From contig JBFRWI010000100.1 of the NCBI GenBank assembly GCA_051439505.1, positions 69,424-133,423 of the forward strand: 64,000 nt of DNA, read 5' to 3'. Below, in pieces: positions 41,301-49,649 of the stretch (position 1 is its first letter; each line of letters opens with the position of its first letter). Made by a program: the position numbers and the translations under genes. The notes beneath the pieces were generated by a model that ran no database searches, was not told the origin of the DNA, and saw only the letters and a program-made list of their open reading frames with translations. Source of the DNA: Hormoscilla sp. (lineage in GTDB: Bacteria > Cyanobacteriota > Cyanobacteriia > Cyanobacteriales > Desertifilaceae).

Positions 41301-41471
41301 CAAAACGGAGGGCGTCACCTCTTCGGTCGCATCAGTCAGGGTCCCGTCGGGGTTGAGGAAAAAAATCCCTACCGGTTCCCCGTCCACTTCGCCGAAGGAG
41401 ACGGGACTGATCTCAGGACTGTCTCTCCATCCTAGAGTGTCATCAGTCAGTTCTATTTCTATCGGATCCAT
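38307..41471 (-). CDS. Vanadium-haloperoxidase-family protein fused to SGNH/GDSL hydrolase, cadherin/Ig-like domain and RTX Ca-binding repeats
   Basis: KVFYDYVRP, YVSGHS, SRLYGGIH; FGDSLSDTG...WDNIHPT; INVLENDSDP..DSFEYTVTDG; GGxGxD nonapeptides. Confidence 0.88.
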   Translation of the reverse strand: MDPIEIELTDDTLGWRDSPEISPVSFGEVDGEPVGIFFLNPDGTLTDATEEVTPSVLWDEAVHETVRKVVGPTIASRAYAMVHTASFDAWAAYDPEALGTQLGDDLQRPAEENTPENKTEAMSYAAYRVLEDLFPTEVDLFNSVMEQLGLDPENDSTDTTTPAGIGNVSAQALLDFRRNDGSNQLGDLNDGLPYSDYTGYEPVNPPQGEEIVDPNRWQPLLVPLRDPDGVVQQSLTPQWGLVTPFGLESGDQFRPPAPPEFGSEEYLRMHQEVIEINANLTDEQKIIAEFWEDDAGTSFPPGRWMAFGQFVSERDDNTLDEDAQMFFILGNAVMDAGIAAWESKVFYDYVRPITAIEALFGGETIEAWGGPEQGTVELDGSEFIPYQSFERPTPPFAEYVSGHSTFSAAAAEVLQLFTGSDEFGASVTAPPGESLFEPGFIPVEPVTLTWDTFTEAADESGISRLYGGIHNQPGNEEGLILGRKVGEAVWEQAQFFISGGESESSKTLFVFGDSLSDTGNLFNLTSTIGNPIPPSPPYFEGRLSNGPVAVEIMADQLDLSFNLDSNFAWGGAKTGRDNTLDDPDLGLEFPGLLDQIDTFAEAIDSVGADSEALYVVWAGGNDFIPALGAEVPADPEVAVTNAVTNIATAVTTLADLGAETIVVPLLAPMNRTPLANFSGDVEVLADISLAFNAELSETMTSLEEDIEDVDVILVDLFAISSEVAANPQEFGFFNITDPFVLNGEIVDETANVEDFFFWDNIHPTTKGHEIYAGVLAAEIARPVASDDRIVTPQATPVTINVLENDSDPLDDPLEIADFSSSTAGGGAIILEDNGNLLYEPDPEFTGMDSFEYTVTDGEGNTDTATVSVTVTADPPPPQFVNLIRGNPGDDMLMGTQTADLILSFGGDDRINGMSGDDIIFAGPGADNVTGGMGNDLLFGGRGNDLIQGGAGDDTISGESGQDILLGGPGRDVFVLSPETAVVNRNQADVLVDFRVGEDAIGLTDGLTTDDIILESLGTNSIIRIADSNLILGMVNRTAPDELNGSFVHFDLEVF

Positions 41472-41554
41472 AATTTTCTGCTTGCTAATTGTTCATTGAG
41501 AATTGTTGATTGCCATCATAAGTAGTTTAGCCATTAGCCATTAGCCATTAGCCA

Positions 41555-41581
41555 TTAACTTCCAATGGTCAAAATGCGGCG
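41555..41581 (-). pseudogene. Duplicated last 8 codons plus stop of the TIGR03032-like gene
   Basis: RRILTIGS* matches 43748-43774. Confidence 0.8.
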
Positions 41582-41612
41582 CCATTTATTTTTTGCAGTT
41601 CCCTTAGCAGCA

Positions 41613-43664
41613 TTAGAACACTTCTCGATCGAAGGGTACGAAACTGCCATTCAAATCATCGGGTGTCATCCGGTTAACGATGCCTAAGATCCTATTATCG
41701 GAGGCAAGTCTGATGACGGTATTGGTGCCCAAGGACTCCAGCATCAAGTCAGAAGCAGTTAACCCATCTGTTAGCCCGATCGTATCAGCACCCGAGTCGA
41801 AGTCCACCAGAACATCAGCTTGGGTTCTGTTCATCACTGCTGCTAATGGGGACAGGACGAAAATATCGCTGCCCGGACCGCCCAGGAGAAGATCTCGACC
41901 AGGTCCGCCATTGATAATATCGTCTCCTGCACCTCCTTGGATGAAGTCATTTCCTCGACCTCCAAGGAGTTCGTCATTGCCCATACCGCCAGTCAGGTTG
42001 TCGGCACCGGGACCGGCAAAGATAATATCATCTCCCGACATGCTATTGATGCGATCGTCCCCGCCGAAAGAAATAATCAGATCCTTGTCAGGGGTGCCCA
42101 TCAGCATATCATCCCCTGGGTTACCCCGAATCAGATTTACAGACTGCGGTGGCGGTTCTACATCACCACCAGAAATGAAGAATTGGGCCTCTTCCCAAAC
42201 CGCCTCACCCACATTGCGTCCGAGGATTAACCCCTCTTCGTTTCCAGCAGCATTATGTATCCCACCGTACAGGCGAGAGATGCCCGAACTATTGGCTGCA
42301 TCTGTAAAGGTATCCCAAGTCAGGCTCACTGGTTCGGCAGGCGTGATACCCCGTTCAAACAGAGACTCTCCAGCGGGTGCCGTCACCGAGGCCCCAAATT
42401 CATCGCTACCCGTAAATCGCTGGAGAACTTCTGCTGCGGCAGCGCTGAAGGTGCTGTGTCCCGATACATATTCACCAAAGGGAGGAGTGGGCATCTCTAA
42501 CCGCTGGTAAGGGATGAATTGAGATCCATCTAGTTCGACAGTACCCTGTCCCGGACCGCCCCAACCTTGGATGGTTTGGCCGCCAAACAAAACTTCGATC
42601 GCCGATATCGGGCGAATATAATCGTAGAACTGTTTAGAATCCCAGGCCGCAATCCCTGCATCCATGACTGCATTCCCCAGCAGGAAGAACATCTGGACGT
42701 CTTCATCGAGGGTATTGTCGTCCCGTTCGGAAACGAACTGACCAAAACTCATCCAGCTGCCGGGAGGAAAGGATGTTCCCGGTCCATCTTCCCAGAACTC
42801 AGCAATAATTTTTTGCTCGTCGGTGAGGTTGGCGCCGATCTCGACAACTTCGGAATGCATTCTCCGGTACTCCTCGCTGCCAAACTCCGGCGGTACTGGA
42901 GGTCGGAATTGGTCCCCTGATTCTAGTGCAAAGGGAGTCACTAAGCCCCAGTGAGCCCCTAAGAACTCTTGGACTGTGCCATTGGGGTCTCGCAGAGGTT
43001 CCAGCAGCGGTTGCCAGCGGTTCGGATCGAGGATCTCTTCTCCCTGGGGAGGATTTACTGGCTCGTAACCGGTATAGTCAGAGTAGGGCAGACCATCATT
43101 GAGATCGCCTAACTGGTTGGAACCGTCCTGGTGGCGAAAGTCGAGTAATGCCTGGGCTGAGACATTGCCAATGCCTGCGGGGGTAGTAGTATCGGTAGAG
43201 TTGTCCGCAGGATCGTAGCCCAGTTGATCCATGACGCTATCGAACAAATCTACCTCTGTGGGAAACAGGTCTTCCAGTACCCGATAGGCGGCATAACTCA
43301 TCGCCTCGGTTTTGTTTTCCAGGGTATTTTCCTGGGCGGGCTGTTGCAGGTCGTCACCCAACTGAGTGGCGATCGCCTCTGGGTCGTAAGCTGTCCAGGC
43401 ATCGAAGATCGCCGTATGCATCATCCCGTAGGCGCGGGAGGAGATCGTCGGTCCTACAGCTAAATTCCGGACTGCTTGCTGGGCTGTTTCATCCCACAAA
43501 ACGGAGGGCGTCACCTCTTCGGTAGCATCAGTCAGCGTCCCGTCGGGGTTGATGTAAAAAATCCCTAGGGGTTCTCCGTTCTCAACACCTACCCAGACTG
43601 GACTAATACCAACACCGTTTATCCATCCTAGGTCGTCATTGGTGATTTCTATTATCGGATCCAT
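41613..43664 (-). CDS. Vanadium-haloperoxidase-family protein with RTX repeats
   Basis: KQFYDYIRP, YVSGHS, SRLYGGIH; RTX tail; close paralogue of 38307-41471. Confidence 0.88.
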   Translation of the reverse strand: MDPIIEITNDDLGWINGVGISPVWVGVENGEPLGIFYINPDGTLTDATEEVTPSVLWDETAQQAVRNLAVGPTISSRAYGMMHTAIFDAWTAYDPEAIATQLGDDLQQPAQENTLENKTEAMSYAAYRVLEDLFPTEVDLFDSVMDQLGYDPADNSTDTTTPAGIGNVSAQALLDFRHQDGSNQLGDLNDGLPYSDYTGYEPVNPPQGEEILDPNRWQPLLEPLRDPNGTVQEFLGAHWGLVTPFALESGDQFRPPVPPEFGSEEYRRMHSEVVEIGANLTDEQKIIAEFWEDGPGTSFPPGSWMSFGQFVSERDDNTLDEDVQMFFLLGNAVMDAGIAAWDSKQFYDYIRPISAIEVLFGGQTIQGWGGPGQGTVELDGSQFIPYQRLEMPTPPFGEYVSGHSTFSAAAAEVLQRFTGSDEFGASVTAPAGESLFERGITPAEPVSLTWDTFTDAANSSGISRLYGGIHNAAGNEEGLILGRNVGEAVWEEAQFFISGGDVEPPPQSVNLIRGNPGDDMLMGTPDKDLIISFGGDDRINSMSGDDIIFAGPGADNLTGGMGNDELLGGRGNDFIQGGAGDDIINGGPGRDLLLGGPGSDIFVLSPLAAVMNRTQADVLVDFDSGADTIGLTDGLTASDLMLESLGTNTVIRLASDNRILGIVNRMTPDDLNGSFVPFDREVF

Positions 43665-43747
43665 ACTTTTCTGCTTGCAAATAATTCATTGATAATTGTC
43701 AATTGCCATCATAAGTAGTTTAGCCATTAGCCATTAACCATTAGCCA

Positions 43748-44818
43748 TTAACTTCCGATGGTCAAAATGCGGCGAATTTCATCTGTTTTGAAGCCGATCG
43801 CCATTGGCCGACGCACTTCTGGCAGGATTACCACGTCATACAATTCTTCCACTATACCTTCAATGCGCAACCAATGTACTATATCCCCTGTGCGCAGGTC
43901 AATAACTAACAGTCCGCAGCGGGGTTCGGCATCTCTAGCAGAGAGGTTCTCGTCTAAAGGCAAGCCCGAAAAAGTCTTGTTATTTCTCGGTTTAGATATG
44001 CCTACCACTGCAAAGTTACCGCTAAAGGCACAGCCCCGCAAGTATCCCGGACAGAATGTCACTTGTTCAAAGGCACCACGTTTGAGGTCTGCATAACCAA
44101 AGAAACCCGTACCCGAGTTTAAAAGCCAGAGTTTCTGCTGATGCCAGCGGGGCGAGTGGGGCATGGAAAGCCCCGTCAGGATGATATCATTGCTGCTGAT
44201 ATCTATTACGCAGCCCCCGGAAATCCGGCGATCGCGCCATCCATCAGCCACATCACTTTGACTGACAGCAGTAACATATTTGGCCTGACCATTTTGCATC
44301 CCTAGACCATTCAGATGACATCTATCTTCCGCAGCAAGTCGGGAAATAAAAGGAGGTCGCCAGAGGGGAATAAAACTATGTTCTTCGCTTACGGTTGCCA
44401 GGCAGCCAAATAAAGTATTGACAAATATAATCTTTCCTGTTTTATCTACAGCCACATCATGAACATCCAAGTCCCCAGTAATGTAACCTACTTGGGGCAC
44501 GAGTAAGCAGTCATAACCATTATGACTTTGTCCGGGTTGGAGAGCATTTTGAAATCGCCACAGTTGATATAATGTACTCAGGTAAAGGCTGGATCTATTT
44601 GCCCATAAGCCCATGCACCGCTCGAATGTGCGCTCGAATACCGATAGTCGCCCGTCTGGTTGTAACCCGATCGCAAACAGTTTGCCTGCTTGATAGGTAG
44701 TGAAGGCCAGACTGAGGTTTTGCTCACCTAACCAGGCGGTAAACTGGCGGGAACAGTTAATCTCTAGGGATGGAGTTGAGGTTGCTTGTGTCACTTCAGT
44801 TGCTTTATGTGCTACCAA
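43748..44818 (-). CDS. TIGR03032/DUF4915 family protein
   Basis: LAFTTYQAGKL; AEDRCHLNG; GLSMPHSPRW; CPGYLRG. Confidence 0.85.
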   Translation of the reverse strand: MVAHKATEVTQATSTPSLEINCSRQFTAWLGEQNLSLAFTTYQAGKLFAIGLQPDGRLSVFERTFERCMGLWANRSSLYLSTLYQLWRFQNALQPGQSHNGYDCLLVPQVGYITGDLDVHDVAVDKTGKIIFVNTLFGCLATVSEEHSFIPLWRPPFISRLAAEDRCHLNGLGMQNGQAKYVTAVSQSDVADGWRDRRISGGCVIDISSNDIILTGLSMPHSPRWHQQKLWLLNSGTGFFGYADLKRGAFEQVTFCPGYLRGCAFSGNFAVVGISKPRNNKTFSGLPLDENLSARDAEPRCGLLVIDLRTGDIVHWLRIEGIVEELYDVVILPEVRRPMAIGFKTDEIRRILTIGS

Positions 44819-45426
44819 GGATTATTATTATCAATCTTCGTAGGGTGGGCGGTGCCCACCGCCGCGAGTTCCGCCGACTGCCGAATGTGTCAAATTTGGC
44901 TTTACCTACTTAAATATAGCGTTTCTCAAATTGATGTGGTACAGAATTATCGCCTACTTGTCATTGCGAGGGGGGGATATTAGCGCTTCACTTATGTTTG
45001 CTATAGATGCACGTTGAGGAAAAATCGGAGGTGGGCGGTGCCCACCCTACACCCCGCGCTAAATTATCTTATAGGCTGAGGATTTTTCGCCAAATCTTTT
45101 TTTTTTAGTATAAATACAGTTGACAAAGTAGTCAGTAAATGTGTAAGATAAGGGTGGATGGGTGGGGGCTAGGGGATGGTAAATGTTTTTCATTTTAAAA
45201 AAAATTTATAAAAATTTATATTTCTTGCATATTATTTGTAAATTAATTTGAATCGAGCGCAGAGGGGGGGGTTAGCCGTTGCCAACAACTGCGAGACCAC
45301 ACCCAGTCATACCATGGGGATTTACTAGCGTCAAGGTTTTTATGACTCACACCCACTGTTGGCGCATAATGACGATCTGATTTTGATGAACTGTCAGATC
45401 GCTCGATCGCATCACCAGACCGATGA

Positions 45427-45936
45427 CTAATTCTCCTGGGCGGGCAATAGATAGATAGCACCAGAAATCAAGGTGAGGACGACAGCAACCCAGAAAATTA
45501 TCTCCAGAGGAATTTCCCAGCTATCGGGAGTGGGAGCAATCAGAAGGGCGATCGCCCCTATTTGACTGACTGTTTTCAGCTTACCCCAGATATTCGCCCC
45601 AGAGATTTGAGCTTGATTGACCCGCCAACCCGCGATCGCCAACTCGCGTGCTAAAATCGCAAACACGCCCCAAGCTGGAACCTGTCCCAAAGCAATCAAA
45701 GAAAGCAAAGGTGCAAGCACTAGCAACTTATCTACCAAGGGGTCGAGAAACTTGCCCAAATCTGTAACTTGATTCAATTTTCTGGCCAAATAGCCATCTA
45801 ACCAATCCGTCCCAGCTGCCACCAGAAAGATGGCCAAAGATATCCAGCGCTGGGTGGGAGTAGGTGCGGTTAAAAGGTAGAGGATAAAAGGTATCCCCAG
45901 CAAGCGAGAAAAAGTAATCCAGGTTGGCAGATTCAT
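45427..45936 (-). CDS. pgsA: CDP-diacylglycerol--glycerol-3-phosphate 3-phosphatidyltransferase
   Basis: TDWLDGYLAR..GKFLDPLVDK motif. Confidence 0.93.
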   Translation of the reverse strand: MNLPTWITFSRLLGIPFILYLLTAPTPTQRWISLAIFLVAAGTDWLDGYLARKLNQVTDLGKFLDPLVDKLLVLAPLLSLIALGQVPAWGVFAILARELAIAGWRVNQAQISGANIWGKLKTVSQIGAIALLIAPTPDSWEIPLEIIFWVAVVLTLISGAIYLLPAQEN

Positions 45937-45976
45937 AATATGTTCAATTTTCAATTCTCCATTCCCAACCCGAGCT

Positions 45977-46348
45977 TTATCTGCCAAGATCTTCTAAAGC
46001 TTTAAGTTGAGCATCCACAACACTTAAGTAATTCCGGTCATCGACAGCTGCTGCCTCAATGAGGTTAGCTTTCACAGCCGCCGCCACCACATCTTTAGCA
46101 GTAATTGTCCGCCTCTTATAATAGAGGCTGAGGGTCTGGTAACTAGGAATGCCTTGGTCCTTTAAGGCCCCGCGATAGGCTCGATTGACTAAATCCACTG
46201 CTGAAATTTGATACTGCATGTTCTGTAACTGCTTGTTTTCTAAAGTTTCCGAATTGATAATAGCATCAGAACGGGATAGTGGAGCTGTAGCTGCTAAAGT
46301 GAGAATGGTTATAGCAACTATAGCTAGACTGCCGATAGTTGATTTCAT
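45977..46348 (-). CDS. Secreted hypothetical protein (cyanobacterial family)
   Basis: Signal peptide; DLVNRAYRGALKDQGIPSY..ITAKDVVAAAV..YLSVV. Confidence 0.7.
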   Translation of the reverse strand: MKSTIGSLAIVAITILTLAATAPLSRSDAIINSETLENKQLQNMQYQISAVDLVNRAYRGALKDQGIPSYQTLSLYYKRRTITAKDVVAAAVKANLIEAAAVDDRNYLSVVDAQLKALEDLGR

Positions 46349-46635
46349 CGCTTTTCTCCCTTTTGATTTCCTCTTGCTTGACGATTGGATTTTTCCGTTG
46401 CTCCCCAATTTTTGAGCCCACGGGCTATACTAGGGTCATCCCCAGCCAGAGAATCTGTGGTCCGAAGGCTGGCGATCGCGACAATTTCATCTTACCATAC
46501 TAGCCCGGCCACCTGTCAAGGATTGAGGTTGCTGCGGCTGTGGGGAGATAATGGCAGAATAATGCTTCCCGGCCTGGGAGTACCGGTGAAATCCCGTAGG
46601 CCATGTCAGGGAACGGACTTCATATTCCTTAATAC

Positions 46636-46666
46636 TTGACAAGTACGGGGAGAGTAGGGCTATAAT
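46636..46666 (+). promoter_or_regulatory. Perfect TTGACA/TATAAT hexamers with a 19-bp spacer upstream of the PstS-like gene
   Basis: Direct motif match; RBS GAGGAGG at ~46687. Confidence 0.45.
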
Positions 46667-46696
46667 GGAAGAGCATATAGCCAACAGAGGAGGAAA

Positions 46697-47812
46697 ATGG
46701 GAAAGATGGTAGTGAAAGCAAGGGGTTGGCGTAAAGCATTAACAGCAACAGGCATGGCGATCGGGTTTTCCTTAAGTGCGGTAAATGCAGCGCTAGCGCA
46801 AACCATCAGGGGTGTGGTGACAAGTTTTGGTCTGCCAGCTTACCAGCGTTATTTTGCCGAATACGAGGAAGAAACCGGTGTAAAAATAAATTACGTAGTC
46901 AGGAGTAGCGCCGGTAGTATAGAGAGATTGCAGGATGAGGAGGGGTTAGTAGACTTCATAGCCAGCGATGCACCGCCAACACGTGCAGAAAGAGAACAGG
47001 TGGGTCGGGGCGTGCTATTGCTGTCCACGGTAGGCAACGGGGTGGCAGTGATCTACAATCTCAGAGAGGCACGCCCGGATATAAAGATATCTCGGGAGAC
47101 CCTAGTGAAAATATTCACAGGTCAAATAGGAAATTGGAATCAGGTGAGTCCGACGTTGCCAAGCAAAAAAATTCAGGTGGTTGTCCACGACGATGGCAGC
47201 GGTACGAACTTTATTTTCACCCGTCACTTGAGTGCCCTGACAGATGGAGAGATCGAGGCGACTAAAGACCCAGAGTGGGGTTTCGACGTATTTGCGAGTC
47301 GTGATGGGGATGCAGGCGTGGCTTCGACGGTGTCCCTAAATGATGGGGCGATCGGGTTTGTCGAGGCCAATTATGCCCTCAGTAACAACTTATCGACAGC
47401 CAGACTGCAAAATAAGAAGGGAGAATATGTCCGACCGACAGTGGACCAGTCACATAAAGCGCTGTTAACAACAGAGTGGGACGAAAATTACTCACTCTTA
47501 AAAATAGATGACCCCGATGAGGGCTATCCGATCATTGGTACGAGCATGCTGATATTTTACCAACAGTATCCCAATGCCGAGATCGCTCAAGCAATAAAAG
47601 ACTTCGTCAGTTGGGTGACGAGTAGGGGTCCAGAAATTAACGCGCAACTATTTTACGTAGCCCTTTCTCCTTCTGAGCGTCCGAAGCTGCGGGATTACAT
47701 CCATAACAATATCACAGTGGAAGAAGGACTCTCAGGGCAGGGAACAGGGATATTAAATCGGGGAACAGAGATATTAGATCGGGGCACAGAGATATTAGAT
47801 CGGGGGGAGTAA
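46697..47812 (+). CDS. Divergent PstS-like periplasmic binding protein
   Basis: Signal peptide; DFIASD; IFTGQIGNWN; DGSGT; GAIGFVE; YPIIG; no pstCAB adjacent. Confidence 0.8.
   Translation: MGKMVVKARGWRKALTATGMAIGFSLSAVNAALAQTIRGVVTSFGLPAYQRYFAEYEEETGVKINYVVRSSAGSIERLQDEEGLVDFIASDAPPTRAEREQVGRGVLLLSTVGNGVAVIYNLREARPDIKISRETLVKIFTGQIGNWNQVSPTLPSKKIQVVVHDDGSGTNFIFTRHLSALTDGEIEATKDPEWGFDVFASRDGDAGVASTVSLNDGAIGFVEANYALSNNLSTARLQNKKGEYVRPTVDQSHKALLTTEWDENYSLLKIDDPDEGYPIIGTSMLIFYQQYPNAEIAQAIKDFVSWVTSRGPEINAQLFYVALSPSERPKLRDYIHNNITVEEGLSGQGTGILNRGTEILDRGTEILDRGE
47740..47802 (+). repeat. 3 x 21-bp in-frame repeat encoding GT(G/E)IL(N/D)R
   Basis: Seen directly at the C-terminus of the PstS-like gene. 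Confidence 0.9.
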
Positions 47813-48133
47813 AAAAAGCAGACTCCTAAAGGTGGAGAATTGATTTTTGGCAGTTACCCTATGAGGGTCAGTTAGTTTGATAACAGGTAATTCGGTTGGA
47901 GGAGATCCTCCCTTCCCAGAAACCGGGTTCTCGGTTGAGGGTGGGAGGATCTGACTTTTGCTGGGGCCAAAGCGCAAGCATCAGCCCTAACCGAACGGTT
48001 TTGACAAAAAACCAGGTTTGGAGAAGGCAATATTGAGATGCTCCCAGGACAGAACCCTGGGAACAGCATATCTTGACATGGAGTGATTGATATGGTATCA
48101 CCAGAAATCGAGAGATGTGTTGTGTGAGGAGAA

Positions 48134-49648
48134 TTGACGGTGAAAAAATGTCTATTGCCGATCGCGTCGGCAATACTAGGATCGAGCTTGACGATCTCCG
48201 ATATGAGTCTGGCCCAGACTTATGGCAGCTTGGGGAGTCCCTTCACCTCGGTGGAAGAATTATCAACTGAAGTGAATGCTGCGGACTCCCAGGGGCGATC
48301 GCAGACAACCTCGGTGTCTCAACTATCTGATATCGAACCAACAGATTGGGCATACCAAGCATTACAATCTTTGATAGAACGCTACGGTTGTGTCGCCGGT
48401 TATCCCGATGGCAGCTATCGGGGGAATAGGGCCTTAACGAGATATGAGTTTGCGGCGGGATTGAATGCCTGTTTAGACAGGATCAATGAACTGATAGCCA
48501 GTGCGACAAGCAATGTATTGGCCAGAGAAGATATAAATAGATTGCTGCGGCTGCAAGACGAGTATGCCCCAGAACTGGCGACTCTGCGGGGTAGGATAGA
48601 TGCCCTGGAGGCCCTGACGGCGGAACTGGAAGCGAATCAGTTCTCGACGACGGCGAAGCTATTTGGGTTCGCTAGCTTCACTTTTACCGAAAGCTGGGGC
48701 AAAGATCCAGAGGAAAATCCCATATTTGAAAGTTCGGCAACTCTCAACTTTGACACCAGTTTCACCGGTAGAGACCTGCTGCGAGCTGGGCTCACTGGCA
48801 GTGATGGAGGTGTGATCGAATGGGGCTCGGTGTACTATCGATTTCCCCTGGGTTTTCGTGGTCAATTCTATTTGGTGGCTACGGGTCAGTCGGCAACAAG
48901 CGTGGTACCCTCATTAAATCCGGTCGCCCGCAGCCCCATCTACGGGCTCAGTTCTGGTGGTGGGGTGGGGATAAACTATCAATTAAATGATTGGCTGGAA
49001 ATTGGGGCCACTTATTTCGGTTCGGATGATAGTATATCGGATCCGAGTGAGGGGAAAGGGCTTTTTAACGGTCAATTTGGAGCTTTAGCTCAGGTGACCT
49101 TGACACCGAACAATCGCCTGGGGATCGGTCTGACCTATGCGCGCTACTACGCTCCTGATAGCCCTGAGGTTGGGAGTGGTGGCAGCAGCTTTGCCGAAGC
49201 ACCTTTTGGAGAAGATACCGCAACTTCAGCAAATGCTTATGGCCTAGCAGCTAACTATCGGTTCAGCGATAGCCTAATCGCTGGCGCTTGGGTGGGCTAT
49301 ACTGAGGCGAAGGCAGAAAGTTCTCCTGGCTCTAAGGGAATCTTTGAAGATTCCAGAGGTGCTGAAGCAGAGCTTTGGTACTGGGGGCTCGGACTGGCTT
49401 TTCCAGACGTAGGGAAACTAGGGTCTCAGTTGAGTTTCCTGTTCAGAATGGAACCGAAGGTGACCGAAAATGACCTTGACGAACGAATAGATCCCGATAC
49501 TGGGTTTACAATTTTAGGATCCTATAGCTATCCTTTGACTGACAGGATTAGATGGACTTCTAATTTGTCCGTACAGATTAACCCAGAAAGCGACAGCGAC
49601 AATGACAGCATCTGGGAGGGAAGCATGAGATTTTCTTTTTCCTTCTAA
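48134..49648 (+). CDS. SLH-domain outer membrane porin (OprB/iron-uptake porin family)
   Basis: TSVSQLSDIEPTDWAYQALQSLIERYGC; FSTTAKL; C-terminal F. Confidence 0.9.
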   Translation: MTVKKCLLPIASAILGSSLTISDMSLAQTYGSLGSPFTSVEELSTEVNAADSQGRSQTTSVSQLSDIEPTDWAYQALQSLIERYGCVAGYPDGSYRGNRALTRYEFAAGLNACLDRINELIASATSNVLAREDINRLLRLQDEYAPELATLRGRIDALEALTAELEANQFSTTAKLFGFASFTFTESWGKDPEENPIFESSATLNFDTSFTGRDLLRAGLTGSDGGVIEWGSVYYRFPLGFRGQFYLVATGQSATSVVPSLNPVARSPIYGLSSGGGVGINYQLNDWLEIGATYFGSDDSISDPSEGKGLFNGQFGALAQVTLTPNNRLGIGLTYARYYAPDSPEVGSGGSSFAEAPFGEDTATSANAYGLAANYRFSDSLIAGAWVGYTEAKAESSPGSKGIFEDSRGAEAELWYWGLGLAFPDVGKLGSQLSFLFRMEPKVTENDLDERIDPDTGFTILGSYSYPLTDRIRWTSNLSVQINPESDSDNDSIWEGSMRFSFSF

Positions 49649-49649
49649 G

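Noticed and set aside
39175..42510. Long plus-strand ORFs (228, 221 and 276 aa)
   Set aside because: Antisense shadows of the haloperoxidase genes
45120..45426. Possible sRNA, tRNA or transposase remnant after a TTGACA-N18-TAAGAT motif
   Set aside because: No cloverleaf, terminator or recognisable protein motif
46570..46620. Cobalamin riboswitch-like GGGAGTACCGGTGAAATCCCG
   Set aside because: The stem is mismatched and no B12-box or other conserved elements are seen
47740..47812. PatS/PatX RGSGR signal
   Set aside because: The sequence is RGTEI, not RG(S/T)GR
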